DNA from: an uncultured virus (IMG/VR IMGVR_UViG_2758568038_000001)
Taxonomy: Duplodnaviria > Heunggongvirae > Uroviricota > Caudoviricetes
Virus record (IMG/VR): IMGVR_UViG_2758568038_000001
Reading direction: 5' to 3' (one strand)
DNA length: 20,000 bases
The translations under genes and the position numbers were made by a program. The notes beneath the pieces were generated by a model. That model ran no database searches. It was given only the letters and a program-made list of their open reading frames with translations, and was not told the origin of the DNA. Numbering within the stretch: the first letter of the stretch is position 1; each line of letters opens with the position of its first letter. Shown here piece by piece: positions 1-8,224 of the stretch.

Positions 1-651
1 ATGCCCGGCGACGCCTCCAGCACCGCAGCCGACGCCACCGAGTGGAAGATCGCCACGATCCAGGCTGTTGCAGCCGCCAAGGCTGTAGGCAAATTGCCTG
101 GTTCACTCCAGCGCTTCGTCGAAGACTCGACCCGGCCCCAGGTCGACTGGCGCGACCGTCTGCGCCAGTTCGTCACGCAGACCAACAAGGACGATTACAG
201 CTGGGCCCGACCCAACCGCCGCTATCTCAGCGCCGGTCTGTATCTGTCTGGCCTGTACAGCGAGAACATGGGGCCCGTTGTGGTCGGTATCGACACATCC
301 GGCTCCATCGACGATAAGACTCTGCAGACCTTCGGTGGCGAGATCCGCGCGCTCGTGCAGGCTGTACGCCCGTCCGAAGTCCACATCGTCTACTGCGACG
401 CCGAAGTGAACCACGTCGATGTTTTCTCGCCCTACGACGACATGAAGTTCGCCCCGCACGGCGGTGGCGGCACGGCGTTCAAGCCGGTATTCGACTACGT
501 GACCGAGAAGAACCTCAAGCCCGAGTGCCTGGTGTATTTGAGTGATCTTTATGGCGATCACCACTTCACCCCACCCGACTTCCCCACCCTGTGGTGCTGC
601 ACGACGAACGAGACCGCGTCGTTCGGTGACACGATTCGCATTGAGGTATAG
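1..651 (+). CDS. VWA-domain protein (DUF2201-like), probably 5'-truncated by the window edge
   Basis: MIDAS-like DTSGS motif, DWRxxL, YSWxRPNRR, GGGGTxF and YLSDLYG motifs typical of DUF2201/VWA-like proteins. Confidence 0.8.
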   Translation: MPGDASSTAADATEWKIATIQAVAAAKAVGKLPGSLQRFVEDSTRPQVDWRDRLRQFVTQTNKDDYSWARPNRRYLSAGLYLSGLYSENMGPVVVGIDTSGSIDDKTLQTFGGEIRALVQAVRPSEVHIVYCDAEVNHVDVFSPYDDMKFAPHGGGGTAFKPVFDYVTEKNLKPECLVYLSDLYGDHHFTPPDFPTLWCCTTNETASFGDTIRIEV

Positions 652-684
652 TCGTTCATCTTTGGACGACATGAAGAAGACAAC

Positions 685-1512
685 ATGACAATTTCAAGCT
701 GGTCACACTCCAAGCTCGGCGACTTCGAGAAGTGCAAGTTCCTCTGCTGGCTCAAACATGACCAGAAGATCCCAGAGCCCGAACGACCGTTACCACCCGG
801 CCGGTCGGAGCACGCCAATGATCGCGGCACGCGCATCCACACGTCCTGCGAGCTCTACATCAACGGCACGAACAACGAACTCGCGCCAGAAGCCGAGAAA
901 TATTTTGGCTTTCAGATCGAACTTCTTCGTTCGATGCACAAAGATGGTCTCGTAAGCCTGGAAGGCGAGTGGGCCATGAACCGCAACTGGGAGCCCTGCG
1001 GCTGGAACGGCGATTGGATCGAATCCGACGACCTGCAGCACACCGGCACCGCCCGTAAGCTGCCCGAGCGTGGCCGCGAAGGCGACATCATCAAGGTCGG
1101 CAAGAAGGTCTTCGCGTGGGTGCCCGCCTGGCTGCGCCTGAAGCTCGACGCGATGGTCATGCACGACGAGCGCACAGCCACCGTCATCGACTTCAAGTCC
1201 GGGCGCAAGTTCGGCAACGAAGTCAAGCACGCCGAGCAGCTGCAGCTGTACCAGCTGGTCACGTTCTTGCGCTACCCCAAGCTCGAGACTGTGTTTGCCG
1301 AGCTGTGGTACCTGGACCAGAAGGAAGGCGAGAACCTTACCTCTCAGAAGTTCATGCGCAGCCAAGGCCTGCGCTTCAAGCCTCGCTTCCACCAGCGCGG
1401 TGACGCACTCACGACATGCGACACCTGGCCGGCCAACCCTTCCCGCTTCACCTGCCAATGGTGCCAGTACGGCCCCTGGAACGGTGGGCAATGTCAAGTA
1501 GGTGTGAGATGA
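685..1512 (+). CDS. PD-(D/E)XK (Cas4/RecB-like) exonuclease
   Basis: N-terminal SWSHSKL..FEKC, GTRIH, catalytic E..KLD..IDFKSG, QLQLY motif, C-terminal CQWC..C (1+3 Cys Fe-S pattern). Confidence 0.85.
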   Translation: MTISSWSHSKLGDFEKCKFLCWLKHDQKIPEPERPLPPGRSEHANDRGTRIHTSCELYINGTNNELAPEAEKYFGFQIELLRSMHKDGLVSLEGEWAMNRNWEPCGWNGDWIESDDLQHTGTARKLPERGREGDIIKVGKKVFAWVPAWLRLKLDAMVMHDERTATVIDFKSGRKFGNEVKHAEQLQLYQLVTFLRYPKLETVFAELWYLDQKEGENLTSQKFMRSQGLRFKPRFHQRGDALTTCDTWPANPSRFTCQWCQYGPWNGGQCQVGVR

Positions 1513-2864
1513 CCAAAGCCTTCGCACATCAGCTCAAGTCCCTCAAACACGACCTCACCACTGACGTCGTGTTCGACACCAGCGACCCCGGCACTGGCAA
1601 GACATTCGTCGCCATCAAAGCCTTCGAGCGCCGGCGCAAGAAAAAGACCGGCTGCGCTCTCATCCTCGCGCCAAAGTCCCTGCTGCGCAGCACCTGGGCG
1701 GCCGACTTCAAGAAGTTCGCCCCCGCACTCAAAGTCGTGGTGGCTACGGCTGACGTGCGCGCCTCGACATTCGACCAGGACGCCGACGCCTATGTCACCA
1801 ACACTGACGCCGTCAAGTGGCTGGCCAAGCAGCCCAAGGCGTTCTTCAAGCGCTTCGACACACTCATTGTTGATGAGTCCAGCGCCTACAAGCACGCCAC
1901 CAGTCTGCGCAGCAAAGCGGTTGCCAAGATCGCCAGCTACTTCAAATACAAGCGAGCGATGACCGGCACGCCCAACGGCCGCTCGATCACGGACGTGTGG
2001 CACCAGGTCATGCTGCTCGATGGCGGCCACCGCCTGGGCCGGTCGTTCTTCGCCTTCCGCAACAGCGTGTGCGTGCCTACCCAGGTCGGCCGCAACGACA
2101 AAGCAATTCGTTGGGACGACAAGGACGGCGCGGAAGAGGCCGTGTTCGGTCTGCTCAGCGACATCGTCATCCGCCACAAGTTCGAGGACTGCGTCGACAT
2201 CCCGGCCAACCACCGGTACACGATGAGCTACGAGCTGACGGCCAAGCAGCGCAAGGCCTACGACCAGATGGAGCAGACGCAGATGCTCTGGCTCAAAGGC
2301 AAGGAACCATCTGTCATCGCCGTCAACGCTGCCGTGGTGGCCAACAAGCTGCTGCAGGTCGCTTCAGGTGCCGTGTACGGTACAGGCCCGGACCCCGTCA
2401 TTGTCGACGACGGGCGCTACAAGATGGTGCTTGACCTGGTCGAAGAGCGCAAGCACAGCCTGGTGTTCTTCCACTGGAAGCATCAGCGCGATGCCCTAGC
2501 AGCCGAAGCCGACAAGCGGGGCATTGAGTTCTGCGTCATTGACGGCTCAGTGAATGAACATGAACGCGACCGCCTCGTTACTGCCTACCAGGCAGGGCGC
2601 TACCAAGTCATGTTCGCGCACCCCCGCTCCGCAGCCCACGGCCTCACGCTCACGCGCGGCACGGCCACGATCTGGGCCTCACCGACCTATGACCTGGAGC
2701 TGTTTGAGCAAGGCTCCAAGCGCCAGCACCGCATGGGCCAGACGCAGAAAACCGAGACCATCACGGTCCTCGCACCCGGCACGATTGACGAGCGGGTGTA
2801 CGAGATCCTGCAGAAGAAGAACGCCCGCATGTCCAACCTTCTCGACCTGTTCGCTACGCTATGA
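1509..2864 (+). CDS. SNF2-family (superfamily 2) DNA helicase
   Basis: Walker A DPGTGKT, LIVDESS, MTGTP, AAHGLTL, QGSKRQHRMGQ. Start moved to ATG 1509, which overlaps the upstream stop (ATGA). Confidence 0.9.
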   Translation: MTKAFAHQLKSLKHDLTTDVVFDTSDPGTGKTFVAIKAFERRRKKKTGCALILAPKSLLRSTWAADFKKFAPALKVVVATADVRASTFDQDADAYVTNTDAVKWLAKQPKAFFKRFDTLIVDESSAYKHATSLRSKAVAKIASYFKYKRAMTGTPNGRSITDVWHQVMLLDGGHRLGRSFFAFRNSVCVPTQVGRNDKAIRWDDKDGAEEAVFGLLSDIVIRHKFEDCVDIPANHRYTMSYELTAKQRKAYDQMEQTQMLWLKGKEPSVIAVNAAVVANKLLQVASGAVYGTGPDPVIVDDGRYKMVLDLVEERKHSLVFFHWKHQRDALAAEADKRGIEFCVIDGSVNEHERDRLVTAYQAGRYQVMFAHPRSAAHGLTLTRGTATIWASPTYDLELFEQGSKRQHRMGQTQKTETITVLAPGTIDERVYEILQKKNARMSNLLDLFATL

Positions 2865-3040
2865 AATTCTCTGACATCTTCCGCAAGCCCTCCGCGCGCA
2901 CATTGGCCCAGGTCGAGCTCGAGGAGGCCCAGCGCCAGCTCCTGCTGGCCCAAAGCAGCGCCGAGTACGCTGCTGCCATGGCGCAGTACCACCAAGAGCG
3001 CATCACCCGACTGCGGGCCATGCTGAATGAGGTTGCGTGA
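2861..3040 (+). CDS. Small helical hypothetical protein (59 aa, MKFSDIFRKPSARTLAQVELEEAQ...), absent from the ORF track
   Basis: Open frame exactly filling the helicase-polymerase gap, with ATGA overlap at its start and TGATG overlap with the polymerase start. Confidence 0.8.
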   Translation: MKFSDIFRKPSARTLAQVELEEAQRQLLLAQSSAEYAAAMAQYHQERITRLRAMLNEVA

Positions 3041-6018
3041 TGGGTTGGGCATCCGCTGTCCGTAAACCTACGGCCCAGACCAAGGTCGCCGCTGCCGTCA
3101 AGATCGTTTCTCGTCCGCAGATCGAGACGGCAGACGTCGACTGGGACCGGCTGGTCTCGCTTGACTTCGAAACTTTCTATGACGCCGACTACACGCTCTC
3201 CAAGTTGTCCACGTCCGAGTACGTGCGCGACGAGCGCTTTGAAGCGTCGATGGTCGGCATCAAGATCGGCAACAAAAAGACCAAGGTGGTGCCCCACAGC
3301 AAGATCGCCGCCGAGCTGGCCGCGATCAACTGGGAGACGCACAGCGTGCTGTGCCACAACATCCAGTTCGACGGCTTCATCCTGAGCCACCACTACGGTG
3401 TCTTCCCCAAGCGCTACTACTGCACCCTGGGCATGGCCCGGGGGCTGCACAGCAACGAAATTGGCGCAGGCCTGCACGACGTGTCGGTCTTTTACGGCGG
3501 CAAGGGCAAGATCGACGGCGGCGTCGAGGGCATGAAAGGCGTGCGCTTCAAGGAGCTTTTCGCCAACAAGCCCCTGTGGAAGCGCTCCGCCGAGTACTGC
3601 GCCAACGACGTCGACGAAACGTTCCGCATCTTCTGCGCCATGCACCCGCTGTTCCCGGCCAAGGAGATGGACCTGATCCACATGACGGCGCGCATGTTCT
3701 GCGCTCCGGTCCTGAAGATCGACATCCCGCGCGTCCAGACCGAGTACGAACGCGAGGTCACGCGCCGCGAAGAGCTGCTGCTGAACTTGCTGAACCCCCG
3801 TGACTACGACGATGTCCTCGACGGCAAAGACAAGAAGCTCGAAGGCAAAGAGCGCGACATGCGCATTGTCAAGAAAGTCGTCGGTAGCAACGAGCGCTTC
3901 GTTGCGCTGTTCGAAGCCCTCGGCATTGCACGCGATCAGCTGCCCCGCAAGCTGAGCCCCGCCTGGATGAAGAAAAACCAGGCCGAGCGCGAGGAAGCCA
4001 TCGACAGCAAGTGGGCCTTTGCCTTCGCCAAGGATGACCTGGACTTCGTCAGCATGCCCGATCGGGTGTGGGGGTACTTCCCTCACCTCGACCCGGCCAA
4101 CCCCAAAGACGTCCTGGAAGCAGCTGAGCTGTCCGAGAAGCTCCAGCAGCTGATCGACACGCGCATCGCGGTCAAGTCCACGATCAATATTACCCGGGCC
4201 GAGCGCTTCCTGAAGGCCGGCGCCAACGGTATGGCATTGCCTGTGGGCTATGCGTACTATCGCGCCCACACAGGCCGTTGGGGCGGCAACAACAAGATGA
4301 ACATGCAGAACCTCACCCGTGGTGGTGAGCTGCGCCTGTCCATCCTGGCCGACAAGGGCCACCAGATCGCTGTGGCCGACTCAGGCCAGATCGAAGCTCG
4401 CGTGAACGCGTGGCTGTGGGATCAGTTCGACCTTCTGGATGCGTTCCGCGACAAGCGTGACGTGTACAGCGAGTTCGCTACAGACATCTACGGCCGCAAG
4501 ATCACGAAGGAAGATAAGAACGACCGCCACGTAGGCAAGGTCTGCTTGGCTGGGGACACGCGCGTATTCACAAACCGTGGTCTTTTATCTATAACAGATG
4601 TAAAACCGACGGATTTACTATGGGACGGCCTCGAATGGGTAAAACACGACGGACTGATCTACCAGGGGTACAAGCCAGTACAAAAGCACCGGGGGCTGAG
4701 TGCGACCGGGGACCACGAAATTCTGACGGCACGTGGGTGGCAGGAGTGGCGCGAGGTCCGTACAAACCCTTCCCTATTCCAGTCGGCGCTATCTTTGGCG
4801 AACTCACCGTCGTGCGCTGGGAACCCTATGTCCGCGCCGATGGCAAGCTCGAAGGCCACCGGCCTGTTTGCCGCTGTACGTGCGGCAACGAGTCCCCTGT
4901 GGCCGCGGGCAACCTACGTGCTGGCCGTTCCACGCGCTGCAACGTGTGCGCCAAGCGCGCTTCCGCTGTCAAACGGTACCGGGTCTACAAGCACGCCATG
5001 GCGGATGACGACCACCGGGCGCGGCTACTCAACCGCCTTTCGTCTGCTATCAGTCGGTGCAGCAACCCGCGCAACGCATCGTATAAGCACTATGGCGAAC
5101 GCGGCATTGTCGTCTGGGATGGTTGGCGCAACGACCGAGCATCATTTTTGGTGTACGTGCAAACGCTTCCTGGCTGGGACGACCCGTCTCTGGAGTTTGA
5201 TAGGGTCGACAACGACGACAGCTACCGACCCGGCAATGTCCGGTTTGCAACCAAGTCTGTCAACACTGGCAACAAGCGCAAGGTCGAAAACCTGGAGCGG
5301 CGCATCCGCGAACTCGAAGACGAGAACGCACGTCTACGATCTCGCAAACGCCGGACCTCGTAGTCGCTTCACAGTCATGACCGATGACGGCCCCGTCATC
5401 GTCCATAACTGCGTTCTCGGGTTGGGCTATCAGATGGGCGCACCGAAGCTCCAGATGACTCTGGCCAAGGGTGCCCTGGGCGGCCCCAAGATCGCGCTGT
5501 CCATCGACCAGTGCCAGCACATCGTCAACACTTACCGGCGCAAGTATTACGCCATCAAACAGGGCTGGGATCGCAGCAAGGACTTCATCGAACACATGTC
5601 CAACCCGGACCTCGAGCCCATCCAGTACAAGTGTCTGGAGATCGGCTTCGAGTACATCCGCCTGCCCAACGGCATGTGTCTCAAGTACCCCGACCTGCGC
5701 ATGGCCAAGGGCGAAAAAGGCTGGGACGAGTGGAGCTACCAGTCAGGCGACATCCGCAAAAAGATCTACGGCGGCCTGCTGTGCGAAAACTTGGTGCAGG
5801 CCCTGGCCCGCATCATCGTCGCAGAGCAGATGCTGATGATCGACACGAAGTACCCCGTCGTGATGACGACACACGACGAAGCCGTCACGCACCCAAAGAC
5901 GAAGGACGCAGCCAAGTGCTACGCCTTCATGGAGAAGTGCATGACGACTCCGCTGTGGTGGTGCCCAGAAATCCCGCTCGCTGCTGAAGGCGGATTCGCG
6001 GAAAATTACAGTAAGTAG
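3040..6018 (+). CDS. Phage family A DNA polymerase with 3'-5' exonuclease domain, interrupted by an intein
   Basis: Exo motifs LDFETF, HNIQFD, YCANDV; AHTGRW; motif A ADSGQIEAR; motif B rebuilt after splicing as RHVGKV|CVLGLGYQMG; motif C TTHDE. Start is ATG 3040 or GTG 3037. Confidence 0.93.
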   Translation: MGWASAVRKPTAQTKVAAAVKIVSRPQIETADVDWDRLVSLDFETFYDADYTLSKLSTSEYVRDERFEASMVGIKIGNKKTKVVPHSKIAAELAAINWETHSVLCHNIQFDGFILSHHYGVFPKRYYCTLGMARGLHSNEIGAGLHDVSVFYGGKGKIDGGVEGMKGVRFKELFANKPLWKRSAEYCANDVDETFRIFCAMHPLFPAKEMDLIHMTARMFCAPVLKIDIPRVQTEYEREVTRREELLLNLLNPRDYDDVLDGKDKKLEGKERDMRIVKKVVGSNERFVALFEALGIARDQLPRKLSPAWMKKNQAEREEAIDSKWAFAFAKDDLDFVSMPDRVWGYFPHLDPANPKDVLEAAELSEKLQQLIDTRIAVKSTINITRAERFLKAGANGMALPVGYAYYRAHTGRWGGNNKMNMQNLTRGGELRLSILADKGHQIAVADSGQIEARVNAWLWDQFDLLDAFRDKRDVYSEFATDIYGRKITKEDKNDRHVGKVCLAGDTRVFTNRGLLSITDVKPTDLLWDGLEWVKHDGLIYQGYKPVQKHRGLSATGDHEILTARGWQEWREVRTNPSLFQSALSLANSPSCAGNPMSAPMASSKATGLFAAVRAATSPLWPRATYVLAVPRAATCAPSALPLSNGTGSTSTPWRMTTTGRGYSTAFRLLSVGAATRATHRISTMANAALSSGMVGATTEHHFWCTCKRFLAGTTRLWSLIGSTTTTATDPAMSGLQPSLSTLATSARSKTWSGASANSKTRTHVYDLANAGPRSRFTVMTDDGPVIVHNCVLGLGYQMGAPKLQMTLAKGALGGPKIALSIDQCQHIVNTYRRKYYAIKQGWDRSKDFIEHMSNPDLEPIQYKCLEIGFEYIRLPNGMCLKYPDLRMAKGEKGWDEWSYQSGDIRKKIYGGLLCENLVQALARIIVAEQMLMIDTKYPVVMTTHDEAVTHPKTKDAAKCYAFMEKCMTTPLWWCPEIPLAAEGGFAENYSK
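4581..4599 (+). promoter_or_regulatory. Repeated motif copy 1, TCTTTTATCTATAACAGAT (candidate phage operator or promoter)
   Basis: Matches the copies at 6721 and 10753 and contains an ATCT-N5-AGAT palindrome. A TTCACA(4567)-17 nt-TATAAC(4590) sigma70-like arrangement overlaps it. Confidence 0.5.
4620..5363 (+). CDS. HNH-type (beta-beta-alpha-metal) homing endonuclease nested in an alternative frame within the intein; start uncertain (ATG 4620, ATG 4635, GTG 4737 or GTG 4746)
   Basis: FGELTVV, CRCTCGN, NLRAGRSTRCNVC, RCSNPRNASYKHYGERGI and EFDRVDNDDSYRPGNVRFATKSVNTGNKR match the widespread phage YGGRGI...DRIDNDGNYEPGNCRWAT endonuclease pattern. Confidence 0.85.
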   Translation: MGRPRMGKTRRTDLPGVQASTKAPGAECDRGPRNSDGTWVAGVARGPYKPFPIPVGAIFGELTVVRWEPYVRADGKLEGHRPVCRCTCGNESPVAAGNLRAGRSTRCNVCAKRASAVKRYRVYKHAMADDDHRARLLNRLSSAISRCSNPRNASYKHYGERGIVVWDGWRNDRASFLVYVQTLPGWDDPSLEFDRVDNDDSYRPGNVRFATKSVNTGNKRKVENLERRIRELEDENARLRSRKRRTS

Positions 6019-6045
6019 CCTTAATAGTGTAGTAAAGGAACCCCC

Positions 6046-6720
6046 ATGACCGCACTCGAAGACCCCCGGTGGCTGGCGCTTAGCAAAGAGCGCCGTGACG
6101 CCCTGCTCGAGAAACACCGCGACATCAACGTCTTCGATGAATGGTGGGACAGTGTCTACGAGATGTTCGTCGAGGACTGCGCCGAAAAGGGCATCGAGGT
6201 CGACACCCACACCATCAGGACCGTGGGCGGCAAACAGGCTCAGCGCCATTCGATCTATTTCTCCGGCTTCTGGAGCCAGGGCGACGGCGCATGCTTCGAC
6301 GGCAGAGTCAACAACTGGATCAAATTCTTCGAGGCTATGAAGCGCCCCGATCTGGTTACGTTGTACCAGAAGACCGATGAGGGCCTTACACTGGCCTGGT
6401 CCCATGAAGGCCGCTACTACCACGCAAACTGTGTCTCGTTCTCCAGCGAGCTGTGCCTCGACAACCCGCACGACGACGATGAGGACCCCTTGCTACATGC
6501 CGCTTGGAACATAGCGTACGAAGAAGGGTACGTTTTCGACAAGCTCGAGGAGACCTTTGCCGAGTTCGTCCGCGACCTCATGCACGACCTCTACATCTTG
6601 CTCGAAGAAGAACACGACTACCTGACCAGCGATGAGGCTATCGCCGAGTACATCCTGGGCCATTGCGAAGAAGAGCTCGTCGAGGAAGACGACGAAGAAG
6701 AGCTTTCGCTCGAACATTGA
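6046..6720 (+). CDS. Acidic phage protein of unknown function
   Basis: SD AAAGGA before the ATG, FSGFWSQGDGACF motif, Asp/Glu-rich C-terminus. Confidence 0.8.
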   Translation: MTALEDPRWLALSKERRDALLEKHRDINVFDEWWDSVYEMFVEDCAEKGIEVDTHTIRTVGGKQAQRHSIYFSGFWSQGDGACFDGRVNNWIKFFEAMKRPDLVTLYQKTDEGLTLAWSHEGRYYHANCVSFSSELCLDNPHDDDEDPLLHAAWNIAYEEGYVFDKLEETFAEFVRDLMHDLYILLEEEHDYLTSDEAIAEYILGHCEEELVEEDDEEELSLEH

Positions 6721-6739
6721 TCTTTTATCTATCTTAGAT
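6721..6739 (+). promoter_or_regulatory. Repeated motif copy 2, TCTTTTATCTATCTTAGAT
   Basis: Intergenic and AT-rich, with ATCT-N5-AGAT palindrome and -10-like TATCTT; lies ahead of the 6774-8519 gene block. Confidence 0.6.
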
Positions 6740-6773
6740 CAGTGATATGATTCACACCACCAAAGAGGACGAA

Positions 6774-7187
6774 ATGCCTACAGCCACTGTAAGCCCCAAA
6801 GCAAAGAAGCCGGTGAAAGCCACGCCCGGCGCCATGATCGACTCGATGTGGGAGCTGCGCGAGAAGAAGCGCAAGCTCGAAGCATCGATCAAAGATCTCG
6901 ATGGTCAGCTGGCTGACATCGAGTCCAAGCTCATGGAAGACATGGAGGCCAACGGCATCGACAAGATGACCGGCAAGGCCGCCGGCGTCTCCATCAGCAC
7001 GTCCACAGTCGCCAACGTCGAAGACTGGGACGCGTTCCTGGCCTGGGTCTACAAGACCAAGAACGGTCACCTCCTGCAACGCCGCGTCTCCGACCCTGCG
7101 TGGCGCGAAATGGTCGAGCTCAAGGGCGTCGTCCCCGGCACCCAGCCGTTCACCAAGAAGCGCTTAAATCTGCGCGCCCTGTCCTAA
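6774..7187 (+). CDS. Phage coiled-coil hypothetical protein (possibly Gam-like)
   Basis: SD AGAGGA before ATG 6774; N-terminal heptad pattern, then V.DWDAF..WV and LLQRRVS..PG motifs common in PolA-phage replication modules. Confidence 0.75.
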   Translation: MPTATVSPKAKKPVKATPGAMIDSMWELREKKRKLEASIKDLDGQLADIESKLMEDMEANGIDKMTGKAAGVSISTSTVANVEDWDAFLAWVYKTKNGHLLQRRVSDPAWREMVELKGVVPGTQPFTKKRLNLRALS

Positions 7188-7207
7188 CCCCACCACTGAA
7201 AGTACCT

Positions 7208-7993
7208 ATGGCCACCGCCAAGAAAACCCCCAGCACTGCCGTTGCAGTCAAGAAACCCGTCAGCTCCGCTGTTGTCTCCATCCAGGAGCAACTCAAGGCC
7301 CAGGTCGCCGCCATGGCCGGCAAGATCGCCCCTCCTTCGGGCATCAACATCCGCATCACGCAGGACAAGAAATTCCAGCTGCCCGACGGCTCCAAAGTCG
7401 AAGGCCCGCTGGATTTGGTGATTGTTGATTTCGTTTCTCGCAATACGTTCTACGAAGGAACGTACGATCCGAACAACATCACCCCGCCCGCCTGTTTCGC
7501 CATCCATCCCGAGCCCAAGCAGATGACGCCCAGCGACAACAGCCCGATCAAGCAGAGCGACGACTGCGCCAGCTGCCCCATGAACCAGTTCGGTTCGTCT
7601 GGCAAGGGCAAGGCCTGCAAGAACGGTCGCGTGCTGGCCGTGCTGCCGCCCGACGCCGACGCAGACACCCCGCTGTGGCTGCTGCAGGTCTCGCCTACTG
7701 CGCTCAAGGGCTTCGACGGCTTCGTCGGCTCCGTGGCCCGCACGTTCCAGATGCCGCCCATTGCCGTGGTCGCCTCGGTGGACTTCAACCCCAACGAGAC
7801 CTATGCGTCGCTCACGTTCGGCGACCCCCGCCCGAACGAGAACGTGGCCGTGCATTTCGCACGCCAGGGCGAGGCCAAGGAGCTGCTGATGGTCGAGCCC
7901 GACGTCTCCGGTTTCGGCCAGGAAGCCGCCAAACCTGCGCGCGCACCCGCCCGCCCTGCAGCGCGCAAGCCTGCAGTGGCTGGCCGCCGCTAA
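7208..7993 (+). CDS. Cys-containing phage protein, putative ssDNA-binding or recombination factor
   Basis: PACFA..CASCPMNQFGS..GKGKACKN motif and position in the replication module. Start placed at ATG 7208. Function is an inference. Confidence 0.7.
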   Translation: MATAKKTPSTAVAVKKPVSSAVVSIQEQLKAQVAAMAGKIAPPSGINIRITQDKKFQLPDGSKVEGPLDLVIVDFVSRNTFYEGTYDPNNITPPACFAIHPEPKQMTPSDNSPIKQSDDCASCPMNQFGSSGKGKACKNGRVLAVLPPDADADTPLWLLQVSPTALKGFDGFVGSVARTFQMPPIAVVASVDFNPNETYASLTFGDPRPNENVAVHFARQGEAKELLMVEPDVSGFGQEAAKPARAPARPAARKPAVAGRR

Positions 7994-8002
7994 GGAGCAC
8001 CC

Positions 8003-8224
8003 GTGGCAGTTCGCAAATGGTATCTGGACCGCGCTCTGGCTTCGTACCCGAGCTTGAAGGCTGTCATCGGCGAGCTGACGCTGGAAGAAGTAATTGCCGC
8101 TCTCGATCTTGAGAGCAGCACTTTGCGCCGGAGGTCGCTGATCGACCGGCTGGTTTCCCGAGCCGTCCGGCTCAACGAAGTTTCATTCAATCGCCAACTC
8201 AAGGAGAAATACCACCATGGCTAA
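8003..8224 (+). CDS. Small hypothetical protein
   Basis: SD AAGGAG before GTG; overlaps the next gene start. Confidence 0.7.
   Translation: MAVRKWYLDRALASYPSLKAVIGELTLEEVIAALDLESSTLRRRSLIDRLVSRAVRLNEVSFNRQLKEKYHHG

Larger units (their letters stand above)
4543..5409 (+). mobile_element. Intein (289 aa) inserted in DNA polymerase motif B
   Basis: Block A CLAGDTRVFT, block B SATGDHEIL (TxxH), block F VYDL, block G VIVHN followed by +1 Cys. Removal restores polymerase motif B. Confidence 0.93.

Noticed and set aside
1416..1508. Longer ORF-track starts for the helicase (and similarly 7100, 12201, 12908, 13371, 14814, 15107)
   Set aside because: Downstream starts with SD sequences or stop/start overlaps fit better; the extensions overlap upstream genes.
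685..1512. Cas4-like gene as evidence of a CRISPR system
   Set aside because: No repeat-spacer array or other cas genes in the window; such nucleases are common in phage replication modules.
2854..4362. 502-aa minus-strand ORF opposite the polymerase
   Set aside because: Antisense shadow of a GC3-biased gene; no recognisable motifs.
4764..4770. A-AAC-CCT as a -1 frameshift site linking the intein frame to the nuclease frame
   Set aside because: Fits the XXXYYYZ pattern, but Y=C is non-canonical and I see no clear stimulatory structure. Independent initiation is simpler, though frameshifting is not excluded.
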